A DNA stretch of 32,000 bases from Cyanobacteria bacterium GSL.Bin1. Lineage in GTDB: Bacteria; Cyanobacteriota; Cyanobacteriia; Cyanobacteriales; Rubidibacteraceae. The stretch spans positions 25,920-57,919 of the forward strand of contig JAAANX010000099.1 of assembly GCA_009909085.1 (NCBI GenBank), in the 5' to 3' direction. How positions within the stretch are numbered: position 1 is the first letter of the stretch; each line of letters begins with the position of its first letter. Below the pieces are notes generated by a model. That model ran no database searches. It was not told the DNA's origin and saw only the letters and a list, made by a program, of their open reading frames with translations. Positions 17,312 to 26,230 of this stretch are shown here, in pieces. The position numbers were made by a program, and so were the translations under genes.

Positions 17312-18433
17312 TTAGGTTTTTCCTAGAAGATAACGCTCAATAATGTTGACAATTCGCTGAGACGCTTGACCATCCCCAAACGGATTAATTGCCATTGCCA
17401 TGCGTTGATACATATCAGGATTGCTGAGTAACTCACTGGCTGCTTGCAAAATTTGGTGCGGCTTTGTTCCTACTAAGCGAGCAGTGCCAGCAGTTACCGC
17501 TTCAGTGCGTTCTGTATTGTCTCGCAACACTAAAACAGGCTTACCTAAACTAGGGGCTTCCTCTTGTAAGCCGCCCGAATCAGTTAATAATAAATAACAA
17601 CGTTGCATTGCCCCCACCAGTTGGGAATAGTCTAAGGGTTCGGTTAAAAAGACACGAGGATGATTGCCTAATGCTGCTTGAATCGGCTGACGAACGGTTG
17701 GGTTGCGATGGAGGGGCAGTAAGAGCGCTGTATCCGGAAATTTTTCTAAAATCAGGTGCAAGCCCTCAAGGATTTGAGTGAGTGGTTGACCCCAATTTTC
17801 CCGGCGATGAACGGTTGTGAGTAAAACGCGGTATTGATTCCAATTTAAACTGGGGATATTGCAAGGCGGGTGGCGACGTGCCATGGTGAGCAAGGCATCA
17901 ATCACCGTATTCCCAGTGAGATGAATTTCTCCGATCACCCCTGAATTTTCTAGATTTTTAACTGCTGCTTCTGTTGGGGCAAAATTAAGTTGAGCCAGTT
18001 GACCAATGAGGCGACGATTGGCTTCTTCCGGATAAGGGTTATACAAATTGTGAGAGCGGAGTCCGGCTTCAACGTGAGCCGTGGGAATTTGCTGATAAAA
18101 TGCTGCCAGTGTTGCCGCAAAAGCAGTGGTGGTATCTCCTTGCACAATGACCAAATTGGGCTGAATTTCAGTAAAAAGGTTTTCCAGCCCTTTTAAGCTG
18201 CGACAGGTAATGTCACTGAGGGTTTGTTCCGCTTGCATGATCTGCAAGTCTTGATCCGCTTCGAGATGAAAGAGGTGCATCACCTGAGCAACCATTTCTC
18301 GATGTTGTCCCGTCAGAATAACAGAGGTTTTCAGTTGGGAGGAACGTTGACATTGCTGAATGACCGGAGCCAGTTTAATGGCTTCCGGACGCGTTCCTAG
18401 GGTGATGCAGACCGTACAGGAGTCAACGTTCAT
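17312..18433 (-). CDS. wecB: UDP-N-acetylglucosamine 2-epimerase (non-hydrolysing)
   Basis: 373 aa with LGTRPEAIKLAPV, QHREM, VQGDTTT and HVEAGLRS motifs. Confidence 0.9.
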   Translation of the reverse strand: MNVDSCTVCITLGTRPEAIKLAPVIQQCQRSSQLKTSVILTGQHREMVAQVMHLFHLEADQDLQIMQAEQTLSDITCRSLKGLENLFTEIQPNLVIVQGDTTTAFAATLAAFYQQIPTAHVEAGLRSHNLYNPYPEEANRRLIGQLAQLNFAPTEAAVKNLENSGVIGEIHLTGNTVIDALLTMARRHPPCNIPSLNWNQYRVLLTTVHRRENWGQPLTQILEGLHLILEKFPDTALLLPLHRNPTVRQPIQAALGNHPRVFLTEPLDYSQLVGAMQRCYLLLTDSGGLQEEAPSLGKPVLVLRDNTERTEAVTAGTARLVGTKPHQILQAASELLSNPDMYQRMAMAINPFGDGQASQRIVNIIERYLLGKT

Positions 18434-18487
18434 GCCAATCCCCCAATGACATTTGACAGCAGAGAATACTCATGAAATTGTCTGACC

Positions 18488-18595
18488 GCGGAAGGCGGTG
18501 ACAGGCAAGCCTGCCGACCCAGCTGGAATCGAATTTCAGCTGGAAAGCGGCTGTGCCTTCCGCACCCGGAATTCGATTCCGGGGAACCTGTCACC
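18488..18595. other. Highly structured intergenic element (multi-hairpin; candidate cis-regulatory RNA or palindromic repeat unit)
   Basis: Long-range complementary pairs are GCGGAAGGC (18488-18496) with GCCTTCCGC (18555-18563), and GGTGACAGG (18497-18505) with CCTGTCACC (18587-18595). Local hairpins lie at 18502-18513, 18519-18543 (10 bp) and 18565-18583 (7 bp). Confidence 0.4.
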
Positions 18596-18646
18596 TGGAA
18601 AGAGGTATAAGGGGAGTTTAACATAAGTCGCTTGCTCTCCCAATTT

Positions 18647-19402
18647 TTACTTGTGGATTTTACCGAATCGTCGATCGCGCTGTTGATAAGCCAGGAGCGC
18701 TTGATGAAAGGCACTGCGGTCAAAATCAGGCCAGAGCGTATCGGTAACATAAATTTCGGCATAAGCCAGTTGCCACAGCAAGAAATTACTCAACCGCATT
18801 TCACCACTGGTGCGAATCAATAAATCGGGATCGGGCAAATTGGCAGTATAGAGATGTTGGGCAAATAGCTCCTCATCGAGCTGTTCTACAGTGATTTTTC
18901 CTTGTTGCACTTGCTGCGCGATCGCGCGACAAGCAGCAATAATTTCTTGTCTTCCCCCATAATTGGTCGCCACCGTAAATTCAATCCCTGTATTCTTCGC
19001 GGTTTGTTCCATTGCTTGCGCGATCACCGTTTGCAACGACTCTGGAAGCACGGTTAAATTCCCCACAAATCGAATCCGCACCTGTTTTTTCATCATTTCG
19101 GCGAGTTCTCGCTGTAAGACACGCTCAAACAAGGTCATCAAGAAATCCACTTCTTCTGAGGGGCGCCCCCAATTTTCCGTGGAAAAGGCATAAGCCATTA
19201 AGCCAGGAATTCCCCAATCTTGACAACAACGCAGCAAATCTTTGAGCGCATCAACGCCTTTCCGATGTCCCATCACTCGCGGAAATCCTCGTTTTCCTGC
19301 CCAACGACCATTACCATCCATGATCACCGCCACTTGTCGAGGAAGACGATTCGCATCTAAATCTGGGGGAAGCTGTTCTAATAGAGTGGGCTTAGTAGTC
19401 AT
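18647..19402 (-). CDS. uppS: Undecaprenyl diphosphate synthase (cis-isoprenyl transferase)
   Basis: 251 aa with the IMDGNGRWA motif and a typical UPPS C-terminus (RFGK). Confidence 0.93.
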   Translation of the reverse strand: MTTKPTLLEQLPPDLDANRLPRQVAVIMDGNGRWAGKRGFPRVMGHRKGVDALKDLLRCCQDWGIPGLMAYAFSTENWGRPSEEVDFLMTLFERVLQRELAEMMKKQVRIRFVGNLTVLPESLQTVIAQAMEQTAKNTGIEFTVATNYGGRQEIIAACRAIAQQVQQGKITVEQLDEELFAQHLYTANLPDPDLLIRTSGEMRLSNFLLWQLAYAEIYVTDTLWPDFDRSAFHQALLAYQQRDRRFGKIHK

Positions 19403-20334
19403 TTTTTACGATGAGACTTTGATGACAAAAGACGAAAACTTCGCTTTAAAAGCACTTTTCCCTGTGAGCCAATTTCACGGGTGAGGCGACCCAAATCGGG
19501 AGCCACAGTTTCCCGTTCTACAGTCGGCGAAAACCTTAATTCTAACAACTCTCGAAGTCGGCTTCGCGTCAGAGGTCGTTGCAAGGTTCCTTGTTCGGCA
19601 AGGGAAATTGAACCGGTTTCTTCTGAAACCACAATACACAAGCAATCTGAGATTCGTTCGGTAATCCCGATCGCTGCCCGATGGCGGGTTCCCAACTGTC
19701 GAGATAAACTTTTTTCGGTCAACGGTAAAATAACCGCTGCTGCAGCAATGCGCGATCCTCGTAAGAGCACCGCCCCATCATGTAAAGCGGTTGTTGTTTG
19801 AAACAAGGTTTGAATCAACTCACTGGAAATTTCTGCATTTAAGGTTACCCCTGGGCTTCTAAACTGACTCGGATCAATCGGATCGTTCGTTTCTAACAAT
19901 AACAACGCTCCAATCCGTTTTTGCGATAATTCTCGTACCGCATCTAAAATCTGATCCAAGACATTATCAGGTTGGAGCTTATCATTAGTTGACGACGGAA
20001 ACAACTGCCGTAATTGACCGCGCCCGAGTTGTTCGAGAAAGCGACGAAACTCAGATTGCAAAATCACAACAATCCCAACCGCCGAGCCAATCAACATTTT
20101 TTCTAACACAAATTGCAACAACCGCAATTGAAACAATTGGCTGAGATAAATGGCGACTAGCAACACCACAACCAAAATGATAAATCCCTGAATGATCCAA
20201 CGGGTTCGGCTCTGTGGTTCTCCAAGTAAACGGATGACCACATAAACTAAGATAACAACGAAAACAACATCAAAAGCAGAAATTAACCAACTGGGAAGCG
20301 AAGAAAGAAAATCGGATAAGCCTGGGGAGGGCAT
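19399..20334 (-). CDS. cdaA: Membrane-anchored diadenylate cyclase CdaA
   Basis: 311 aa with N-terminal TM helices and a DAC domain carrying HDGAVLL and [12 protein letters not shown] motifs. The stop overlaps the uppS start by 4 nt. Confidence 0.9.
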   Translation of the reverse strand: MPSPGLSDFLSSLPSWLISAFDVVFVVILVYVVIRLLGEPQSRTRWIIQGFIILVVVLLVAIYLSQLFQLRLLQFVLEKMLIGSAVGIVVILQSEFRRFLEQLGRGQLRQLFPSSTNDKLQPDNVLDQILDAVRELSQKRIGALLLLETNDPIDPSQFRSPGVTLNAEISSELIQTLFQTTTALHDGAVLLRGSRIAAAAVILPLTEKSLSRQLGTRHRAAIGITERISDCLCIVVSEETGSISLAEQGTLQRPLTRSRLRELLELRFSPTVERETVAPDLGRLTREIGSQGKVLLKRSFRLLSSKSHRKK

Positions 20335-20457
20335 TGTTGTGTAGAACAGACAAAAAACAATGGACAGTTAACAACAACAGACAATGAACAATTGTTAGTT
20401 GTTATTCATAACTGGTTAAAGGTGACAAAAAAAGAAACAACAACTGAATCTGAATGA

Positions 20458-21843
20458 TCAATGATCAATTGTATTGAGTCTTGGCGGTAAATTATCTTGA
20501 CTAATTAAATCTTGATAGGTTTCACGATTAATAATAATATCGGCTTGTCCTTCATGCACTAAAACCATCGCCGGACGCAGTAAGCGATTATAGTTGGATG
20601 CCATGCTATAGCCATAAGCCCCTGTGCTCATCACGACCAGCGTATCCCCTGCGGTTGTTTCTGGCAGTTTTGCTTCTTTAATGACCACATCTCCCGATTC
20701 ACAATGTTTTCCCGCAACAGTGACGGTTTCCGTTGTCGGTTGGGACATTTTATTCGCCAACAGTGATCGATAAACAGATTTATAAGTGATCGGACGTGCA
20801 TTATCGGACATTCCCCCATCGACAGCAATATAAGTTCTGATTTCAGGAACTTGCTTGCGAGAACCCACGGTATAGGCAGTGATGCCAGTTGTGCCCACTA
20901 ATGAGCGACCGGGTTCACAAATTAATTTCGGTAGCGGGACTTCTGCTTCATGACAAGCAGCTTCAACCGCTTTGGCCACGGTTGCTGTCCATTCGCCAAT
21001 ACTCGGAGGATCATCCGCTTCAGTGTAGCGAATTCCTAAGCCACCGCCAACATTTAATTCTCGCGCCGGTAAGCCTAACGCTTGTGCCATTTTCAGCCAC
21101 TTCACCAACACCCCGGCTAAATCCTGATGGGGTTGACGTTCAAAAATTTGCGACCCAATGTGGGCATGAACACCAACGAAATCTAACGCTGATGTTTTCA
21201 CTAAGAAATCAAAAACTTCTGTGACCTGATTGGGATCAAAGCCAAATTTACTATCAAGATGTCCGGTCCGAATATACTCATGTGTATGACATTCAATGCC
21301 TGGTGTAATCCGCAACATGACTCGGGGGGAAGTTTCTGTTGCCAGTTGGGCTAAAGTTTTTAATTCTAACCAGTTATCCGCAACAATCGTGCAATTAGAA
21401 GCAATGGCTTCTTCTAATTCAGCGCGAGATTTGTTATTGCCATGAAAATAAATGTTTTGCGGATCGACCCCGGCTTGCAGTGCGGTATAAAGTTCTCCAC
21501 CAGAAGCAACATCGATGCCTAAGCCTTCACTTGCCACTAAGGTACAAATGGCGAGACAGTTGAGGGCTTTCGATGCATAAATTACTAATGACTCTCCAGA
21601 ATAGTTATTGCTGAAGCCATCTCGATATTGGCGACAAGCCGTGCGAAGACTATATTCATCCATGATGTAGAGGGGAGAACCAAATTGCTTAACCAATTCA
21701 ATAACATCACAACCGCCAATTTCTAAATGATCTTGAGCGTTAATTTTTGCTGTCAGGGGGAGGAGGGATTGATTGGGAGAATCAGCAATTTCTTGCAGAA
21801 AATGGCTTCCTGTCGGTTGTTGCGTCGTTTCTGTTAAAACCAT
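20458..21843 (-). CDS. lysA: Diaminopimelate decarboxylase
   Basis: Orn/DAP/Arg decarboxylase family sequence (YASKA, HIGSQ, EPGRSLV, CESGD). I start at the internal ATG (MVLTETTQQ, 21843). The 39-codon upstream extension to 21960 has no LysA-like sequence. Confidence 0.88.
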   Translation of the reverse strand: MVLTETTQQPTGSHFLQEIADSPNQSLLPLTAKINAQDHLEIGGCDVIELVKQFGSPLYIMDEYSLRTACRQYRDGFSNNYSGESLVIYASKALNCLAICTLVASEGLGIDVASGGELYTALQAGVDPQNIYFHGNNKSRAELEEAIASNCTIVADNWLELKTLAQLATETSPRVMLRITPGIECHTHEYIRTGHLDSKFGFDPNQVTEVFDFLVKTSALDFVGVHAHIGSQIFERQPHQDLAGVLVKWLKMAQALGLPARELNVGGGLGIRYTEADDPPSIGEWTATVAKAVEAACHEAEVPLPKLICEPGRSLVGTTGITAYTVGSRKQVPEIRTYIAVDGGMSDNARPITYKSVYRSLLANKMSQPTTETVTVAGKHCESGDVVIKEAKLPETTAGDTLVVMSTGAYGYSMASNYNRLLRPAMVLVHEGQADIIINRETYQDLISQDNLPPRLNTIDH

Positions 21844-22029
21844 ACTTAAATCTTTTGTCTTGGAAACGTTTGATAAAGCAGTCACCTTCCTATTATCTCG
21901 ATTGATTGGCCAAAGAGCAAAAGAGTCACCGTTTAACAAGATAACTTGCCGGAAGAGCAAATCACCCTGCTAAGCAGTGACCCTTTCTTTTCCCCTGTAG
22001 AGATGAAATTAAATTAGTCTGTTTTGAAT

Positions 22030-22794
22030 TTAGCTAACCTTACGATAAGGAACTTTCCTGTCGTAGTCAATATTCATGGCAGAGACTTTGGGTAAAGGAT
22101 TCCCTTTCGCGCTGTTAAGGTTACGCGCAATATTCAAGTAGGCGCTGGGATCCCCTGCTTTGGGTTGCTTTTCTTGGGGAATAAAGCGACGAACCTGATT
22201 TTGCCAAACAATTTGGGGGAAGCCCAATTGTTGACGGTGGTAAGGACCATAGCGAGGGGTTTTGAGATTGAAGGGCGTTTCCCCTTCATCTTTTTGAGGA
22301 AGCACCCGACGCCGTTGATAAGGAACCGTATCTTCGCCAAAGTTGTTAAGATACTCTTCACTATTCAGTAAGTCTTCAACGAAACCGTTGATCCCTTTCG
22401 TTGCGACCACAATTGACCACGCAATTTTTTCTTGTTCATTGTAGACATCCCGTCCGAGAGCCCGCTGAACACAGAGTTCTACAAAGCGATAGTTGCTATT
22501 GGGTTCGTAGTTCAGACGACGGAAGGAATCAGAGGTGAGTAAGCCAAAGATAAAGTCTTTGACACTAATTTGACCGTAACGGAGTTGGGATTCCAGGAAA
22601 CGTTGACGGTTACTGGCAATCATTTGGTGTTCGCTAAAAATTTGGCGGTAAGCCGCCCAAATAATCGCTTCCGCATCTTCCTCAGAATTCATCATTCCGG
22701 GAGTGGGTTTAATTTGTTCTTCACCAGGGACTTCATATCCTTCTACGCGCTGATTTTGGCTAGAAGGGACATAGTTCAACAAAGGTAAGGACAC
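22030..22794 (-). CDS. cpcG: Phycobilisome rod-core linker polypeptide
   Basis: 254 aa with a PBS-linker domain ([11 protein letters not shown]...SVKDFI.GLL.S..FR...[11 protein letters not shown]...GR) and a CpcG-like C-terminal part. Confidence 0.88.
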   Translation of the reverse strand: MSLPLLNYVPSSQNQRVEGYEVPGEEQIKPTPGMMNSEEDAEAIIWAAYRQIFSEHQMIASNRQRFLESQLRYGQISVKDFIFGLLTSDSFRRLNYEPNSNYRFVELCVQRALGRDVYNEQEKIAWSIVVATKGINGFVEDLLNSEEYLNNFGEDTVPYQRRRVLPQKDEGETPFNLKTPRYGPYHRQQLGFPQIVWQNQVRRFIPQEKQPKAGDPSAYLNIARNLNSAKGNPLPKVSAMNIDYDRKVPYRKVS

Positions 22795-23130
22795 CGTTGA
22801 ACCTCCTTTACTAAATTTTTCAAAAGTTTATCCTTCATCATACGTGACTGTGGCGGCAAAATCTCAGAAATCTTATAACTTCTTACCAATTTGTTACGAG
22901 GAATTGGGAAATTCTCAACTGAGATGGCTAGAGGTTTCAGGGCTTAATCCGACTCAGTCTCGCCCCAAAAAATACAAAAATCTTAAACAAACTATCGGGG
23001 TAACATCAATAATGCAATTACCTCATGCCCCTTACAAAGAGTACAAATCGCCTTGATCGCCTTCACCATTACCCCCATCGTATATATAATTCAGATAGCC
23101 TTGAGTACTATCTAACCGTAGTTCCCCAAA

Positions 23131-25554
23131 ATGAAATTACCGCAGTTATCCTTCACCACGAGGATCGCCAACTACTTTTTACTATTGGCACTAATAACTG
23201 TAGCTATTGTTGGTGGAGTCGCTTATTTCCGTGCCAGGGAAGCCTTGGAACAGGCAGCATTCGATCGCCTAAACGTAGCTGCCACTTTGAAGGAAAATGA
23301 AATTAGGCGGTGGTTTGAAGATCGGCAAAGGGATTTTTTACAAACTACCCAGATGCCAGACGTGCAGGATAATTTGGCTATCTTACTTAATTCTCAGTCT
23401 GAAGCAGAAAAGCAACAGGCATACAAAGTATTAGAGAGATATTTAGTTCGAGTCAATGAGATTAAGCCCAGTCTCTCGGAAATATTTATCTTAGATCGCA
23501 GTAATAAAATTGTGTTTTCGACGAATAAAGAGCGAGAAGGAGATTATGAAATCTTAGCCAATATTACCTATGTTGAAGAGGTGGAAGAGGGGGCTAGTTT
23601 TGCACCGATATTTTATGTATCTCCCATTACTAGAAAACCCGCAATTACTTTGGCAAAGCCTTTAGAAAATCGTCAAGGAATGATTTTAGTAGATCTGAAT
23701 CTCGAACGTATAGATAGCATTGTCAGAGAGAGAACAGGCTTGGGAGAGAGTAGTGAAAGTTATTTGGTAGGCTCATTAATTAGTAAGAATAGCTTTATTG
23801 CAGGAAAATCTAGATCGGTCAAAGATTTACCAAATGATATTGATAGCCCAGGCATTAATGCAGCTATGAGTGGCTTGAGTGGTTATGGACTTTATCGCAA
23901 CTATGCAAACAATTCAGTATTAGGAGTTTACAGTTGGCTCAACGAACAGGATATTGCTTTGCTAGTCGAAGTCACCCAGGATGAGGCTTTCGCTCCTGCC
24001 CGTGAATTAGCTAGTGCGATCGTTTTAGTAGGCTTGATTTCTGTAGGAGGATTATTAATTGGGGTGAATTGGTTGGCATTACAACTATCTACTTCCCGCC
24101 AACAGTTAGAAAAATCCAGTCAACAGTTACAGCTAAAGGCTCAAGAAGCGGAAGCTGCCAACCTAGCTAAAAGCTCATTCTTAGCTAATATCAGCCACGA
24201 GTTACGCACGCCTTTGAATGCAATCTTGGGTTTCTCCCAGCTAATGTCGCGGGATGACACTATTACAAATAGTCAAAAAGAGTCATTAGATATTATTAAT
24301 CGCAGTGGCGAACATTTGCTGAATCTGATTAACGATGTGCTGGAGATGTCAAAGATTGAAGCAGGGAAGATCGCCCTAAATAATGAAGCTTTCGATCTGC
24401 ATCGATTGTTGCAAACAATTCAAGAAATGTTCCAAATTAAAGCCGAATCTAAAGGGTTGTGGTTTAAATTCGTACTGGCAGATAATTTACCGCAGGATAT
24501 TATCAGCGATCCTCGCAAGCTGCGTCAGTTGTTAATTAATCTGTTAAGTAATGCGGTCAAGTTTACTCAGACTGGAGGTGTAACTCTAAAGTCATTTACT
24601 GGAAAAAGCGATCGCTTGTTGAAAGACAAAGTTAAGCTGTGCTTTGAAGTAGCCGACACGGGACAAGGTATTGCCTTAGAAGAATTAGACAAGTTATTCG
24701 ATCCTTTTGTTCAAACTAAAAGTGGAATTCAATCCGAAGGTGGTACGGGATTGGGATTGGCTATTAGTCGTCAGTTTGCCGAATTGATGGGTGGTTCAAT
24801 TCAAGCCTATAGTGTTTTAGGAGAGGGTTCGACTTTTGCTTTTAATATCCAGGTAGAATTAACAGAGTCTTCTCAGAGCAAAGTTTTACCTGCACCTCAA
24901 GTAATCAGACACCTTGCACCAGGACAACCTAAATATCGTCTTGCCATAGTAGACGATCGCGACACAAATCGTTTGGCTTTACTGAAATTACTACAGTCAG
25001 TTGGTTTTGAACCTCGCACTGCTAATAATGGAGTAGAAGCGATCGCTTTGTGGCATGAGTGGCAACCTGACTTAATTTGGATGGATATGAGAATGCCCGT
25101 CATGAATGGCTATGAAGCAACCCGAACCATTAAAAGTCATCCTCAAGGCAAAAAAACAGTTATTATCGCTTTAACTGCCTCCGCATTTGAAGAACAAAGA
25201 GAACAAGCTGTTCGGGCTAGTTGTGATGATTTTGTGCCTAAGCCTTTTTCCGAACAAACTATTTTTGATAAGTTAAGCCAATATCTAGGGGTAACTTTTA
25301 TCTACGAATCAGAAGTTAAACATCCTGCTAATAAAGCTGCTAAAGCTTCCAATACTCTTACTTTTTGCGATTTAAAATCTTTGCCTCCAGAATTAGTCGC
25401 CGAACTAAATCAAGCTGCGATCGCAGTAGATGGCGAAAAAATACGGCAGTTGATCGCTCGAGTTCCTATGTCTCAACAGCATATTATTCGAGCAATTGAG
25501 GAAATGCTAAATAACTATGATTTTGACGGCATTATCAATTCAACAGAAAAATAG
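23131..25554 (+). CDS. Hybrid sensor histidine kinase (TM - periplasmic Cache-like domain - TM - coiled coil - HisKA - HATPase - REC - C-terminal helical extension)
   Basis: 807 aa with two hydrophobic segments flanking a roughly 260-aa extracytoplasmic region. It has an H-box SHELRTPLNAI, N and G boxes (NLLSNAVKFT, DTGQGI, GGTGLGLAIS) and a receiver domain (IVDD...DLIWMDMRMPVMNGYE...KPF). Confidence 0.9.
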   Translation: MKLPQLSFTTRIANYFLLLALITVAIVGGVAYFRAREALEQAAFDRLNVAATLKENEIRRWFEDRQRDFLQTTQMPDVQDNLAILLNSQSEAEKQQAYKVLERYLVRVNEIKPSLSEIFILDRSNKIVFSTNKEREGDYEILANITYVEEVEEGASFAPIFYVSPITRKPAITLAKPLENRQGMILVDLNLERIDSIVRERTGLGESSESYLVGSLISKNSFIAGKSRSVKDLPNDIDSPGINAAMSGLSGYGLYRNYANNSVLGVYSWLNEQDIALLVEVTQDEAFAPARELASAIVLVGLISVGGLLIGVNWLALQLSTSRQQLEKSSQQLQLKAQEAEAANLAKSSFLANISHELRTPLNAILGFSQLMSRDDTITNSQKESLDIINRSGEHLLNLINDVLEMSKIEAGKIALNNEAFDLHRLLQTIQEMFQIKAESKGLWFKFVLADNLPQDIISDPRKLRQLLINLLSNAVKFTQTGGVTLKSFTGKSDRLLKDKVKLCFEVADTGQGIALEELDKLFDPFVQTKSGIQSEGGTGLGLAISRQFAELMGGSIQAYSVLGEGSTFAFNIQVELTESSQSKVLPAPQVIRHLAPGQPKYRLAIVDDRDTNRLALLKLLQSVGFEPRTANNGVEAIALWHEWQPDLIWMDMRMPVMNGYEATRTIKSHPQGKKTVIIALTASAFEEQREQAVRASCDDFVPKPFSEQTIFDKLSQYLGVTFIYESEVKHPANKAAKASNTLTFCDLKSLPPELVAELNQAAIAVDGEKIRQLIARVPMSQQHIIRAIEEMLNNYDFDGIINSTEK

Positions 25555-25611
25555 AACTTTTAAAGAAAAAACAAACAAAAGCATTAGAAATGACAGGAAA
25601 ACTTTAAATAG

Positions 25612-25782
25612 AAATTATTGAATCTGTTGAAACATTATCGCTCATTACTTAAACAAGAAAAAAATCCTCAGAAGAAAGACAGAATTCAAGCACTTTATTG
25701 GATAAAAACCAACTTAGCTGAAAGTATATCCCGCTTTTGTCACTTTCCGATTTCTCTGATTAGGAAAAATCAAGTAGAATGA
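25612..25782 (+). pseudogene. Probable IS630-type transposase N-terminal (HTH) remnant
   Basis: The short open frame LLNLLKHYRSLLKQEKNPQKKDRIQALYWIKTNLAESI resembles the N-terminal helix-turn-helix part of cyanobacterial IS630-family ORFs (..ERLQALYWLKTG..). The similarity ends near 25730. This was recognised from memory only. Confidence 0.35.
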
Positions 25783-26230
25783 GGATGTTCTGTACAATCT
25801 GGACTTTGACAAATCTTTAATAGACAAGAAGTTCAGTATGGTTGTCACCCCGTGAGCTTTGTGACACGAACCCTATATTTAGGCCGATTAACCGCTTAAG
25901 CTGCTCCTAGACAACCTCGATAGCAGGAAACTTTTTGACTCGTATGTCTCATTATTTGTCAAGTACAATTTATACCAAATTAGATGCGATCACCCTGGAA
26001 GTTATTCAACAATTTTGGTTAATAAAATTTGTCTATTAAGATTTCTTTTCCATAACATAACATGTTGTAAGTTCTAATAGAACCATAATTGAGATCGAGA
26101 TTAATCATCTAATCCGACAGTGCATAAGCTGACACGCATTTAAATTGGGATTTTTGAAGCCCAGACTCCTTACAGCAAGGCTGATCAGCGATCAAAATAA
26201 ATGCATAGGAGCTTATAAATTCGAGAAGTC

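Noticed and set aside
15940-18433. Restriction-modification system around the C5 methyltransferase
   Set aside because: Both neighbours are clearly housekeeping enzymes (a YnbB-like PLP protein and WecB). No additional ORF of usable size exists between them.
18488-18595. Possible SRP (4.5S) RNA or guanidine-I (ykkC) riboswitch, suggested by CGGAAGGCACAGCC and AGGTTCCCCGG strings on the minus strand
   Set aside because: The GGAA is not presented as a tetraloop with the SRP symmetric loop. Instead it sits in an 8-9-bp long-range helix. The other conserved ykkC blocks (GGUCCGAGAG, ACACGG, AAAAGCCCGGGAGA as I recall them) are absent.
18430-18762. 110-aa minus-strand ORF spanning the uppS-wecB spacer
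   Set aside because: It overlaps the 3' end of uppS in another frame and runs straight through the palindromic hairpin block. Its sequence is low-complexity with no recognisable features. The open frame is most simply a by-product of the GC-rich repeats.
18963-19801. Plus-strand ORFs of 76-106 aa opposite uppS and cdaA
   Set aside because: They are antisense to well-supported genes and have Arg/Ser-rich compositions typical of reverse-frame artefacts. The same applies to 17950-18196 (wecB), 20631-21224 (lysA), 22134-22788 (cpcG), 16080-16274 (MTase) and 13006-13200 (rplI).
21844-21960. 39-codon N-terminal extension of lysA (500-aa version of the ORF)
   Set aside because: The extension (MLFRQVILLNGDSFALWPINRDNRKV...) has no LysA-like sequence. 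The internal ATG at 21843 gives a protein of normal length.
22844-23300. 70-aa and 91-aa ORFs upstream of, and overlapping, the histidine kinase start
   Set aside because: They are short, lack motifs, and one overlaps the kinase N-terminus in another frame. They are more likely promoter or leader sequence.
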